DNA from: Acaryochloris marina MBIC11017
GTDB taxonomy: Bacteria > Cyanobacteriota > Cyanobacteriia > Thermosynechococcales > Thermosynechococcaceae
Reading direction: 5' to 3'
Length of the DNA stretch: 32,000 bases
Assembly: GCF_000018105.1 (NCBI RefSeq)
Contig: NC_009926.1
Span: 90,001 to 122,000, forward strand
A model generated the notes under the pieces. That model was not told where the DNA came from. It made no database searches and worked only from the letters and a program-made list of their open reading frames with translations. Below are positions 8,620 to 17,082 of the stretch, piece by piece; within the stretch, counting starts at the first letter, position 1; each line of letters begins with the position of its first letter. The position numbers and the translations under genes were made by a program.

Positions 8620-9081
8620 TTAATAAGTGGGAATATGAAAAATAAAATATTAAGTTTAAACGATAGCCGTAACTACATTTAAATCAACGCTTTCAATTAC
8701 TTCAAATAACCAGATTACCAATGTGGTTTTTGGGGATTAGAGAGTGGATGGATTGTCCCGAATTCTTACTGGGTTAGCTCATGGAATTGAATCAATCCAT
8801 TAGGAAGATTCAGGAATTGGGCACCAACGGCATCAACTGCGATGTCGAAACGGAGGATATCGTTGACCGACGGATAGCCTGGCCCCAAAGATTTGAGCTC
8901 ATGGGAAGGAATAAGCAAATCTAGGCATTAGATGAAGTCAAATCACTCTTGCTGTCAAAAAAAGGTCAGGGATAATACGGTTTAATTAAATCTGAGCACA
9001 AATTAAAATTAATAGTGAAGAATACCTACAAAACTCTCTTCATATTACTGATGCAAGTTCCCCTGATTAATCTGAGCTCTA

Positions 9082-9399
9082 ATGTTGCAAGTTACTGATA
9101 TATCCGTTTTTTTCCAAAAGAATACTTCTGATATTCCAGACGATCATTTTGAAACACCAAAAAAAATAACCGTTATTGAGTCCTGGACTGCAATACGAAA
9201 GGGAAAGAGTGCTGTTATCAAAGGAAGACTCCTGGGCCATCCTGATTATCCCGACGGGGTTAAGATGATGACCTCAACAGTCCATCGTTACTTAGCGGGT
9301 GATGGTCACGTATACATCAAAACTCAAAATTCCCTATATGAGTTGGGTCAACCTCTGAAAACAACTGATTTCCAAAAATTAGAACGAATGACCCAGTAA
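9082..9399 (+). CDS. Unrecognised small protein, paralogue B (most divergent)
   Basis: VIESWTAI...VIKGRLLGHPDYPDGVKMMTSTVHRYLAGDGHVYIKTQNSLYELGQP aligns with the cores of paralogues A and C (about 20 of 46 identical to A by hand). Confidence 0.55.
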   Translation: MLQVTDISVFFQKNTSDIPDDHFETPKKITVIESWTAIRKGKSAVIKGRLLGHPDYPDGVKMMTSTVHRYLAGDGHVYIKTQNSLYELGQPLKTTDFQKLERMTQ

Positions 9400-9448
9400 G
9401 AAATTTCATTCATCATAATGCAGACTACAAATGATTTGGACATCATCC

Positions 9449-9730
9449 TTAGAAGAGGATAGGAATGCCTAACCTATAGGTTGAGTCTTTAGTGGTCACA
9501 CAAACATGACCTTGATAAACAAAATATCGCTGAATAGCAGAAGATTCTAAATACTTACCAGGTGGAAGTGTATGATGCTGAAATAAATGCCCATGAATTT
9601 TTGTCTGATTATTAATATCAACACAATCCCATGATTGAAGAATAGGTATTTCCACAGCAGCGTTTCCAGTCGCATCAAGGGATGAATTGAAATTGTTTAA
9701 ATAATAGTCAATCAGATCCTCAGCTATCAT
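9449..9730 (-). CDS. Unrecognised small protein, paralogue C
   Basis: An ungapped hand alignment to paralogue A gives about 38 identities over 90 positions (MxAxDxxDYY...PI..W.C.DI.N..I.G..F.H..P.GK.L.SS.IQ....G.V.VTTK.S.Y.LG.P). It is convergent with paralogue B across a 49-nt spacer. Confidence 0.6.
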   Translation of the reverse strand: MIAEDLIDYYLNNFNSSLDATGNAAVEIPILQSWDCVDINNQTKIHGHLFQHHTLPPGKYLESSAIQRYFVYQGHVCVTTKDSTYRLGIPILF

Positions 9731-9951
9731 CGTTAGTCCTAATACTTCTCACTGTTATTTGTCTTAATTCTGCGACTGTTATTAGACCTCTTGCATAATT
9801 TAACTAACGATATGCTAGAGGACTAAAATCTGAGTCAGATCGCTGAATTTTTTTTTCGTCAGTAGCACATCATGAAACGAATATTTCAAGAGGTCTATTG
9901 TTGAATAACTACTAGTTCAACAAAGGGCAGACCGAATCGTTAAATTGAACT

Positions 9952-10698
9952 TTAAAGTCTAGCGTCCCCCAAACTGCTGGGTGCTTGGGTAAATTCCAAT
10001 GCTGGACTGCTCTTTCTAGCATCGAGCATCAACCAACCGATTAGTGTACAGAAGGATAGGATCGCTCCAGCTATAACCATCCACATCTGGCGGCTGACAG
10101 GCTTGTTTAGCTCTTTGAGGATCTCCTCTCTGGATAACCGAACCGTCTCTTTTGCCTGAAGAGGAGTCTGCTGAAGCGAGTCATGGTCCTGTTCTGGGGT
10201 GGGTGAATGATGACATGCTAGAACGGTGTTTAATTCAGCCAATGTACCAGTGGCTGAATTAAACACCGTTGCCTTATGGTCTAGGGTGTCAGATTTAAGG
10301 CTCTTGTAAGAGAGCGATTCAATATAATTCAGCAATTCCACTTGGCCCATCTCAAGCGTGAGATAAGTCGCTTTAATGTCCTTGCCAAAGTTAATGAGAT
10401 CTTTTGTCTCAAGTTCACGGGTTGAAGATGGCTGACCATTGATGTAAATCCCATTAGCACTGGGTTTACCCTGAGAATTGCCATCAATGATGCGATACCG
10501 ATGAGCTTGATGTGGGAGAGGGACTCTCACTAGCATGGCATGTTGTCTGGAAATAGACGGGTTATTCAAGACAATGGCATTGGTTGCGTCTCGACCGATT
10601 GAATAAGCAACTTCGGTTAACTTGACAATGCGCCGTTCCTTTCCATCATCAATCACTAGTAGATGATGTTCACAAGCCTCTGATTTGATTTTTTCCAT
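9952..10698 (-). CDS. FHA domain protein with a C-terminal transmembrane helix
   Basis: YSIGRDATNAIVLNNPSISRQHAMLVRV...YRIIDGNSQGKPSANGIYINGQ is the canonical FHA core (GR...SRxH...NG). A hydrophobic helix MWMVIAGAILSFCTLIGWLML lies near the C-terminus. Confidence 0.85.
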   Translation of the reverse strand: MEKIKSEACEHHLLVIDDGKERRIVKLTEVAYSIGRDATNAIVLNNPSISRQHAMLVRVPLPHQAHRYRIIDGNSQGKPSANGIYINGQPSSTRELETKDLINFGKDIKATYLTLEMGQVELLNYIESLSYKSLKSDTLDHKATVFNSATGTLAELNTVLACHHSPTPEQDHDSLQQTPLQAKETVRLSREEILKELNKPVSRQMWMVIAGAILSFCTLIGWLMLDARKSSPALEFTQAPSSLGDARL

Positions 10699-10921
10699 AG
10701 CAGTGGAAGAAAACTTTAACTATTAAAATAACTAGACTTTATTTAGGTAATGATAAGTATCAAAACTTGAATCCCAATATAAGTTATATCTTTAATAATA
10801 CTCATCCAAAAGTGTTCTTGCACAGAAGCATCGGAAGAGTTGAATAATTTATTGAATAATCATGAAAGGGCAAAGCATAATATCCATTTAGTTCATTACA
10901 GTGACAATTATTTCAAGCTAC

Positions 10922-10937
10922 TGTGATCTGAATCACA
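10922..10937. promoter_or_regulatory. Perfect CRP/SYCRP1-type palindrome TGTGA-N6-TCACA
   Basis: TGTGATCTGAATCACA is read directly at 10922-10937. A minus-strand TGTAAT hexamer (reverse complement of 10895-10900) would put the site centre at -41.5 (Class II geometry) for a transcript running toward the FHA gene. A perfect plus-strand TATAAT at 10945-10950 lies 7 nt to the right. Confidence 0.5.
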
Positions 10938-11886
10938 AAACGCTTATAATACCTGTTTGAAGTGCTTTACGTCCGCTTAACCTAACAAAGATTATGGGCA
11001 TGATTGAGTAAATATTACTCATAATTAAATTTTCATGTATATCCAATAATGTGTGAATCCAAAACTAACACTATAATTCTATTTTTTAGATTAAAACAGA
11101 ATAGAAATTTGATAAATCATGCATTAAATTATAATCGCAGGGAAAGTACTAAAAAATACACTAAATTCAACATCGTAAGCATCACTTCAATCATAAATAT
11201 AAATCTGTGATTGAGATAATGATTAGTGTTAAATGCTGAATCTGAGAATAAATTTTTACTTAAAAAAAGATAGTTCTTATATCATGAGCTATCAAATCAT
11301 CTTCTCTATTTTTGGTTAGGAAACACTACTTGCTCAATAGAGTGATCGGTGAAAATCACACAACTGCACATCAGAGGTAGTCCATTAACGGATTCATGAT
11401 TTTAGTGGGATTAAGACCTTATGGGCATGTATGAAGCTTAAAACCCTATCTCTGAGCTTTGTTTATTCATCAAAGTCTGGAATAAGTCACGGCAATCAAA
11501 ACCGTTGTTTAGGCTTGTCATCAGCGGTTTTTCGCTTGATCCTAATCTTTTTGTTGTCAATATTACCCACACCAAGTAGGTCTTGTCTTGCCCAATTCAA
11601 GACAACAGAATCTGTAATCCTAACCCTAGACATTAGCTTGACAACGTCTGACTTTTTGATGTGGGGGAAAGACTTTTGTAGACGGAAAAATAGTAAGTCG
11701 TCCATTTGGAAGTCCCCTTGAAATCACAAAGTTTACAAGAAACCACTCATCAATATTACCCATCAGTAAGCTTCATCAGGCTAATGCAAATAAGCCTTAC
11801 ATGCCCCTTCTTTATCCTGCATAGCTTATAGCCATTAAAGACAACATTATTCTCAATCACCCTAGGTGCGATCAAAGAAGCAATCC

Positions 11887-12008
11887 GGGAGCATGTCACC
11901 TTTGCAATCAAGTATTTATACTTATTCCTAAAACCCTTTCTAGCCATGCTTTCAGATATCAAGTTTGTGGTTCCCAAATTTGTGCATCTGCAAAGGTGAC
12001 ATGCTCCC
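11887..12008. mobile_element. 122-bp MITE with perfect 20-bp terminal inverted repeats and a perfect 8-bp target-site duplication
   Basis: GGGAGCATGTCACCTTTGCA (11887-11906) is the exact reverse complement of TGCAAAGGTGACATGCTCCC (11989-12008). The direct repeat AGCAATCC abuts both ends (11879-11886 and 12009-16). The 82-nt interior has no credible ORF. Confidence 0.75.
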
Positions 12009-12247
12009 AGCAATCCTCGATCTACTAAGGCCTTAAAATGCTTTCCAGGAAAGACTTTTGAATGGGTCAGAGTTCTGGCTCAGAATGACCTTAACTTCTC
12101 AATAAATAAATTAAATTTTTCTTGAAATATAATATTATTTGGGTGTATAAAATACCCGCTCTCGTATGGTGGCTCTGGTTCCCCCGGAGCCTTTTTCTTT
12201 CCTAGGATTTTCTTAAGGAAGCCAAGTCGATGATAGAGATTATTAAC

Positions 12248-12284
12248 AAAAACACCCGTGGATAAACCGTTCACTCCACGGGTG
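12248..12284 (-). terminator. Strong intrinsic terminator with no annotated gene upstream
   Basis: On the minus strand: CACCCGTGGA-gtgaacggttta-TCCACGGGTG (perfect 10-bp GC-rich stem, 12253-12262/12275-12284) followed by TTTTTG. The plus strand has no T tract after the stem. Confidence 0.7.
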
Positions 12285-12386
12285 TGCTTCACTATGGTGG
12301 TCAATCTTGGTCAGTGTGCCCAGTCTAAAACACGATTATCCTATTGTGAGAATATTCTTATTTTATTGAGCGTGGACTAATAAAAT

Positions 12387-12413
12387 CCCCCAACAGTTGG
12401 TGACTACTGGGGG
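12387..12413 (-). terminator. Terminator-like hairpin (minus strand)
   Basis: On the minus strand: CCCCCAGTAGT-cacca-ACTGTTGGGGG (11 pairs including 2 G-U) followed by ATTTTATT. Pairing is poorer on the plus strand (A-C mismatches). Confidence 0.4.
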
Positions 12414-12642
12414 TAAGGATTTTCTGAATGGATAGAAAGTGCCTCTGTTAAAAAGCCCTTGAGAAGGGGGCTATCCAGGGCGAGAGACTTTGACATTTAG
12501 TTTCAACTTCCCAAATTAAAGTAAAGAGAGGGTGAAAACCTTTTTGTGCCAGATGCATCATTAACGTCTCAAGTAATGATGAATACATCATCAAAAAGTC
12601 AATATCACTAAGCTAAAGATCAACGTGCTACGTATCTCCATC

Positions 12643-12672
12643 ACCCCAGTTTGGCTCTGCTCTGGGGTTTTT
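12643..12672 (+). terminator. Intrinsic terminator-like hairpin (plus strand)
   Basis: ACCCCAG (12643-12649) pairs with CTGGGGT (12662-12668) across a 12-nt loop and runs into TTTTT (12668-12672). There is no ORF of 60 aa or more upstream on the plus strand. Confidence 0.5.
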
Positions 12673-12892
12673 GCTGTGGTTAGCTAAACAATGCAGTTTC
12701 GTTAAAGAATAGCGGTGACTATTGAAGGCTGCTTTGAACTCGATTTATCCCACTTCAAATTCGCGACCATGTTGCTGAAACACATACACGAGAAATTGAC
12801 TTGGGATTTTTATTGGATATTAAACTTCGCTTAACTAAAAATATCCTAATTGATGAAAATATTGAAACATTACCCAAGACATACTTTTCGCG

Positions 12893-12917
12893 ACCCCTTT
12901 CCCGCTGGGGTTTTTTT
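12893..12917 (+). terminator. Short GC stem plus T7 tract (plus strand)
   Basis: ACCCC (12893-12897) pairs with GGGGT (12907-12911) and is followed by seven T (12911-12917). The stem is only 5 bp, so support is modest. Confidence 0.4.
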
Positions 12918-13051
12918 CTTGCCAGAACGTCATGAGAGAGAGCATTCATAGGGCTAGAAGCAGGTGGATTCGTCTTGGAATTTGGAGACCTCTACACACA
13001 ACGAACCCGCGTGAACAAACACAACGCGGGGAGAGCAAAGTGTTTACTTCT

Positions 13052-13259
13052 TGGACCAGCGGGGGCATTTGAACAGAAAGTTATGGTTTCGGCTATAACC
13101 CTTTCCTACAAAGCTTTTAGAACATTTTCAATAGGAAAGCCGGGAAAACGTACAGTTTTGAATTAGGAAGTGCCTTCCTAGTGATCAGCTTGGACTTTAT
13201 TTGCCCGTTACGTTATCAAGTAAGCGCTGTCCAGATTCTTTCACAGAACCGTCCCCATT
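13052..13259 (+). repeat. Copy 1 of a Tn3-family transposon end: terminal IR plus the last ~20 codons of tnpR (minus strand)
   Basis: The ~208 bp are near-identical to 16374-16580 (a few substitutions and three 1-nt indels). It starts TGGACCAGCGGGGGCATTTGAACAGAAAGTTATGGTTTCGGCTATAAC. The reverse strand of 13205-13260 encodes ...NGDGSVKESGQRLLDNVTGK*, matching the resolvase tail of copy 2. Confidence 0.7.
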
Positions 13260-13512
13260 CGCCTATGCATAGAATCGGAGAAACTTTGGCTTTTAAGACT
13301 GAACCAATTGGTATGTAAAGGTTTCAGGGCCTAAATATTGATTTTTGCCTAGCTAACTTCAGGACCCCGGATATCAGCGGGCGCTCAGTAGGATGATATC
13401 TGACTGGAATTGACGCCATTTGAACGTTTGTGAGGAGGGCATTGCTAGGTTGCGGTCAGGGCATCTCAGCATACCAAGGCAGGGCTACCCAGTTTTTTGC
13501 AACACAACCGTT

Positions 13513-14052
13513 TCAGCCCAACAGTGCTTTGATTACGCGTTTCATGCCCAAGGCATATGCCTCACTGGTTTCACTTTTCAGCAACAGCCCCTTTGACGCA
13601 AGGTTAAGAACAAAGGTTGTTTCTTCCGCTTCACGCTTTGTTGGGAAAACCTCGCGTAACCATAAGAACGTGGTGATGGCATCTACAAATTCACCTTCAT
13701 AATTCCGTGAAGCCTTGGCCACAGAAATGATAGCTGCATCAAGGATTTCCGCGCCGTGTGGAGTGCCGCGAAGCAGCGGAACATGATCACCTGTCCACAA
13801 TTGGAACGACTTGGAAAGTACTACGGCAGGTTCACCATCCGTAGTCTTGAGCTGATGAATAACAGTGTCGGTTATATTGCCCAGGAAAGTGGTTACAGCC
13901 CATTCCAGCACGGCCTCTTTGGAGCCGTACTGATTGTAAATCGACTGCCGCGATAGATCGGCGGCTTTAGCAATGTCGCTTATCGAGGTTTTGCGAAATC
14001 CATAGGTTGCAAAGAGCCTGAGAACTTCTAAGACGTTGTCATCTGTCTTCAT
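13513..14052 (-). CDS. TetR/AcrR-family transcriptional regulator
   Basis: VLEVLRLFATYGFRKTSISDIAKAADLSRQSIYNQYGSKEAVL is the TetR_N HTH. I chose ATG 14052 (MKTDDNV). It is divergent from the SDR gene across an 84-nt intergenic region. Confidence 0.85.
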   Translation of the reverse strand: MKTDDNVLEVLRLFATYGFRKTSISDIAKAADLSRQSIYNQYGSKEAVLEWAVTTFLGNITDTVIHQLKTTDGEPAVVLSKSFQLWTGDHVPLLRGTPHGAEILDAAIISVAKASRNYEGEFVDAITTFLWLREVFPTKREAEETTFVLNLASKGLLLKSETSEAYALGMKRVIKALLG

Positions 14053-14136
14053 TTGACATTTTTTACATTTTGGGACTATATTGTAAACATTGTACACGTC
14101 ATAACACGGCTTATCAATTCAAACTATAGACATCCC

Positions 14137-15093
14137 ATGGAACAAAAAATTAGCAACTCAGGCTTCTCTGACTGGAAGCCATCTCAATTGCTTGATCTGA
14201 CTGGCAAAACCTACGTTATCACAGGCGCAAATTCTGGCATTGGCTTTGAAGCAGCTAAGATGCTGAGCGAAAAAGGTGGCGATATCGTCATGGTGTGTCG
14301 CTCACGCACTAAGGCCGAAGCCGCGCAACGAAAGCTTGTCGCTCACGCTCAAGGCAAAGTCGATTTGGTCTTGATGGACTTGAGCGATCTGTCCTCGGTG
14401 CGTAAAGCTGCTCAAGAGCTGCGCGGTCGCTATCAGAAAATCGACGCGCTAATCAACAATGCGGGCATCATGATGACCCCTCAGGAAAAGACCGTAGACG
14501 GCTTCGACTTGCAAATGGGGGCCAACCACCTTGGTCACTTTCTGTGGACGGGCCTACTACTTGATCTAGTGGAGGCCGCTGAAGGACGTATTGTAGTGCT
14601 GTCGAGCCTAGCACATAAATTCGACTCGCTCGATCTCGATGACTTCATGTCAGATACGAAATACACGCCGATAAAGGCTTATGCACAGAGCAAACTGTCG
14701 AATCTTATGTTCGCCTTTGAACTGGATCGCCGCCTTAAGGATGCAGGCAGCAAGGCGATCTGCATCGCCTGTCATCCTGGATATACCAGTACTAATCTAC
14801 AAAGTACTGGGCCGACCGGCTTTTCCAAGTTCATCATGGCAATCATGAACAAGCTAGTGGCACAACGCATTGACGCAGGTGCAACACCTACGGTTCTTGC
14901 TGCTGCTGGTGTGGAAGCTCAGCGCGGTGCCTACTATGGCCCACAAAAGATGAACGAATACCGAGGTCCCGTCAGCGATGCCAAGGTACAGGATCACGCG
15001 CTAGACCGTGAAAACCAGCGGCAGCTTTGGGCAAAAAGCGAACAACTCGTTGGGTTCCAGTATTCATTGCCCGTCGTGGTGAATGCTGCCTGA
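14137..15093 (+). CDS. Short-chain dehydrogenase/reductase (SDR family oxidoreductase)
   Basis: VITGANSGIGFEAA (TGxxxGxG), NNAGIM and YAQSKLSN (YxxxK) are present. I chose ATG 14137 (MEQKISN); the track start at 14053 overlaps the tetR start. Confidence 0.85.
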   Translation: MEQKISNSGFSDWKPSQLLDLTGKTYVITGANSGIGFEAAKMLSEKGGDIVMVCRSRTKAEAAQRKLVAHAQGKVDLVLMDLSDLSSVRKAAQELRGRYQKIDALINNAGIMMTPQEKTVDGFDLQMGANHLGHFLWTGLLLDLVEAAEGRIVVLSSLAHKFDSLDLDDFMSDTKYTPIKAYAQSKLSNLMFAFELDRRLKDAGSKAICIACHPGYTSTNLQSTGPTGFSKFIMAIMNKLVAQRIDAGATPTVLAAAGVEAQRGAYYGPQKMNEYRGPVSDAKVQDHALDRENQRQLWAKSEQLVGFQYSLPVVVNAA

Positions 15094-15323
15094 GCATCAC
15101 AAGAAGAAAAACGATGAGACTTTACGATTCCTCTAGCCCAAACCCTGATGTCGTGTCGCTGTTTGCTTTGGCAGAGGAGGTGGCTTTTCCCCTGGCCTGG
15201 TTGCCCCCAGAAGGAGGGTGTTGAAAATCTTTCAACAGACAATGGAAAAGAGCTCGTAAAAAACTGTAAACCTAACTGTAAATCTTACGAAATCAAGAAC
15301 TTTAGCCAGCAAGGAGAATCATC

Positions 15324-16145
15324 ATGACTCAACAAACTGTTCTGATTACCGGGGCTTCGTCGGGCATTGGTAAGGCCACTGCTCAATTCTTTCAGCAGAA
15401 GGGGTGGACTGTGATTGCCACGATGCGAACTCCAGACAAAGAAACCGAACTCACTGCCCTCGACAATGTACTGGTCACCCGATTAGATGTGTTGGATGTT
15501 GACTCTATTCACGCTGCCATTGTCCAAGGCATCGAGCAGTTCGGCAAAATTGACGTTGTTGTTAACAATGCGGGGTATGGTGCCTACGGCCCCTTAGAAG
15601 CAACGCCCACGGAAAAAATCAGACGACAGTTTGATGTCAATGTGATGGGCTTGCTAGATGTCACCAGGGCAATTCTTCCCCACTTTAGACAAAACAAAGA
15701 TGGCATTTTGATCAATATTTCATCCATTGGTGGCAAAATGACTTTTCCGTTTGGCTCGCTTTACCACGGCACCAAGTTCGCGGTTGAAGGGATTTCTGAA
15801 GCCCTCATTTACGAGATGGAGGCCATTGGCTGCAAGGTCAAGATTGTCGAGCCAGGTGTCATTAAAACAGATTTTGCGGGGCGCTCATTTGATTTTAATA
15901 ATGATGAAAGCATGACGGAGTATCAGCCGTCGATCGATAAGTTCATGAGTGGCATGGGATCTAGCGTAGAGAGCAATGCATCGGAGCCAATTGTCGTTGC
16001 TGAGGTAATTTATCAGGCGGCTACAGATGGTACCGATACGTTACGCTACACCGCAGGTGAGGATGCCAAGGTATTTGTGGCCAATCGCAAAGCAGCGGAT
16101 GATGCAACCTTTATCCAAGGCATCAAAACACAGTTTGGCATCTAG
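15324..16145 (+). CDS. Classical SDR family oxidoreductase
   Basis: LITGASSGIGKATA, VVNNAGYG and the S...YHGTKFAVEG catalytic motif are present. AAGGAGA precedes the ATG. Confidence 0.9.
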   Translation: MTQQTVLITGASSGIGKATAQFFQQKGWTVIATMRTPDKETELTALDNVLVTRLDVLDVDSIHAAIVQGIEQFGKIDVVVNNAGYGAYGPLEATPTEKIRRQFDVNVMGLLDVTRAILPHFRQNKDGILINISSIGGKMTFPFGSLYHGTKFAVEGISEALIYEMEAIGCKVKIVEPGVIKTDFAGRSFDFNNDESMTEYQPSIDKFMSGMGSSVESNASEPIVVAEVIYQAATDGTDTLRYTAGEDAKVFVANRKAADDATFIQGIKTQFGI

Positions 16146-16517
16146 CAAAGAAGGGGGCGTGACAGAGCAGCTGTCATATGGGGCAATTAGCTTACACGCA
16201 ACGCCTAAAACGTTGAAAAATCGCTGATTTTAATGCTATTTTCGGCTAAGTTGTCATCATATTCTGTCATTCAAGACGAAGGCTGAAAGCCTTATGTATT
16301 AGTGTTTTCAATCCTATTTACCCCTGGTGATACCTACGCTTGCATGACGCCATATAGCTGGGGTATTTCCATCTGGACCAGCGGGGGCATTGAACAGAAA
16401 GTTACGGTTTCGGCTATAACCCTTTTCCTACAAGGCTTTCACAACATTTTCAATAAGAAAGCCGGGAAAACGTACAGTTTTGAATTAAGAAGTGCCTTCC
16501 TAGCGATCAGCTTGGAC

Positions 16518-16700
16518 TTATTTGCCCGTTACGTTACCAAGTAAGCGCTGTCCAGATTCTTCCACAGAACCGTCCCCATTGACGTAGGTGTAGAGAGTAG
16601 CCGTTGATATTCCCAGCTTTTGCGCCACCTCTTTCGCGCACGCCTTTGGATCGCCCATAGCAGTCATGGACAGCCCCAGCCCATGTGATTGTCCAGAGGC
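16518..16700 (-). pseudogene. tnpR: Serine recombinase (resolvase) C-terminal HTH fragment
   Basis: The reverse strand reads ...SGQSHGLGLSMTAMGDPKACAKEVAQKLGISTATLYTYVNGDGSVEESGQRLLGNVTGK* (stop at 16518-16520). The IA..LGIS.ATLY.Y HTH is typical of Tn3-family resolvases, and the catalytic N-domain is absent. The upper boundary is approximate. Confidence 0.6.
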
Positions 16701-17082
16701 TGACCAATAGTTTTCCGGCTGACCGGCTCTCGAAGGCGTTTACGAATCTGGGGCGGATCCTCAAGACCCAGCACAACTTGCGCTATCTGACGGATGCCAA
16801 TTTGATGCAGATGGTTTAGCTTCGCTCAACAAAGGAGAGTACCATAACTAGCTACCGCGACGGGTGTTCTTTGCAGATCAAGGGGAGTTCACGACGGGCG
16901 ATTACGAGGAAATCATGAATAAGGCGAGCTGCCTGAGTCTGTTCTCCAATGCGATCCTTTACTGGAATACGCTCAAGATCAATGACATTGTTGAAAGCCT
17001 CAGAGCGAAAGGAGTGGTGATTACCAATGAGACCCTATCTCATATCTCTATGCTGGGTACCCAATGGGACTTACTTTATTGA
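16700..17082 (+). pseudogene. tnpA: Tn3-family transposase C-terminal fragment with a frameshift and an in-frame stop
   Basis: ...LGRILKTQHNLRYLTDANLMQMV*, then after a frame change LNKGEYHN*LPRRVFFADQGEFTTGDYEEIMNKASCLSLFSNAILYWNTLKINDIVESLRAKG..ITNETLSHIS.LG. This parallels the Tn3 TnpA tail (GR.LKT..ILRYI.D...RR.I..QLNRGE..H...R.......GE....Y..Q......L.LV.NA...WNT.Y...A...LR..G......D...LSPL). It ends ~40 nt before the IR. The lower boundary is approximate. Confidence 0.7.

Noticed and set aside
8781-8924. 47-aa ORF MELNQSIRKIQELGTNGINCDVETEDIVDRRIAWPQRFELMGRNKQI between paralogues A and B
   Set aside because: It vaguely recalls a fragment of a larger conserved protein, but I cannot name the family with confidence. 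It is too short, so it is possibly a gene remnant.
11431-11721. Overlapping ORF pair 11431..11721 (+) and 11496..11705 (-) in the AT-rich region
   Set aside because: They mutually overlap, have no motifs and lie in an AT-rich context where random ORFs of this size are less constrained by stops in some frames. Neither is supportable.
11756-12013. 85-aa ORF on the minus strand
   Set aside because: Its start lies inside the right TIR of the MITE and it runs through the whole element. Removing the element and one TSD copy leaves a TAA just upstream, so no larger gene is restored.
12080-12304. 74-aa ORF on the minus strand
   Set aside because: Its N-terminal codons are the 10-bp GC stem and T tract of the strong terminator at 12248-12284. 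It is also AT-rich and low-complexity.
12975-13166. ORF 12975..13166 (+) and its look-alike 16302..16544 (+)
   Set aside because: Their similarity is simply the repeated Tn3-family IR DNA. The reading frames differ because of 1-nt indels, so this is not coding conservation.
13430-13956. ORFs 13430..13702 (+) and 13756..13956 (+)
   Set aside because: They are antisense to the TetR gene, which has a clear HTH.
16534-16776. 80-aa ORF (-) across the transposon remnant
   Set aside because: It is in the wrong frame. The resolvase-like HTH is read in another minus-strand frame (stop at 16518-16520), and the ORF overlaps the tnpA fragment on the other strand.
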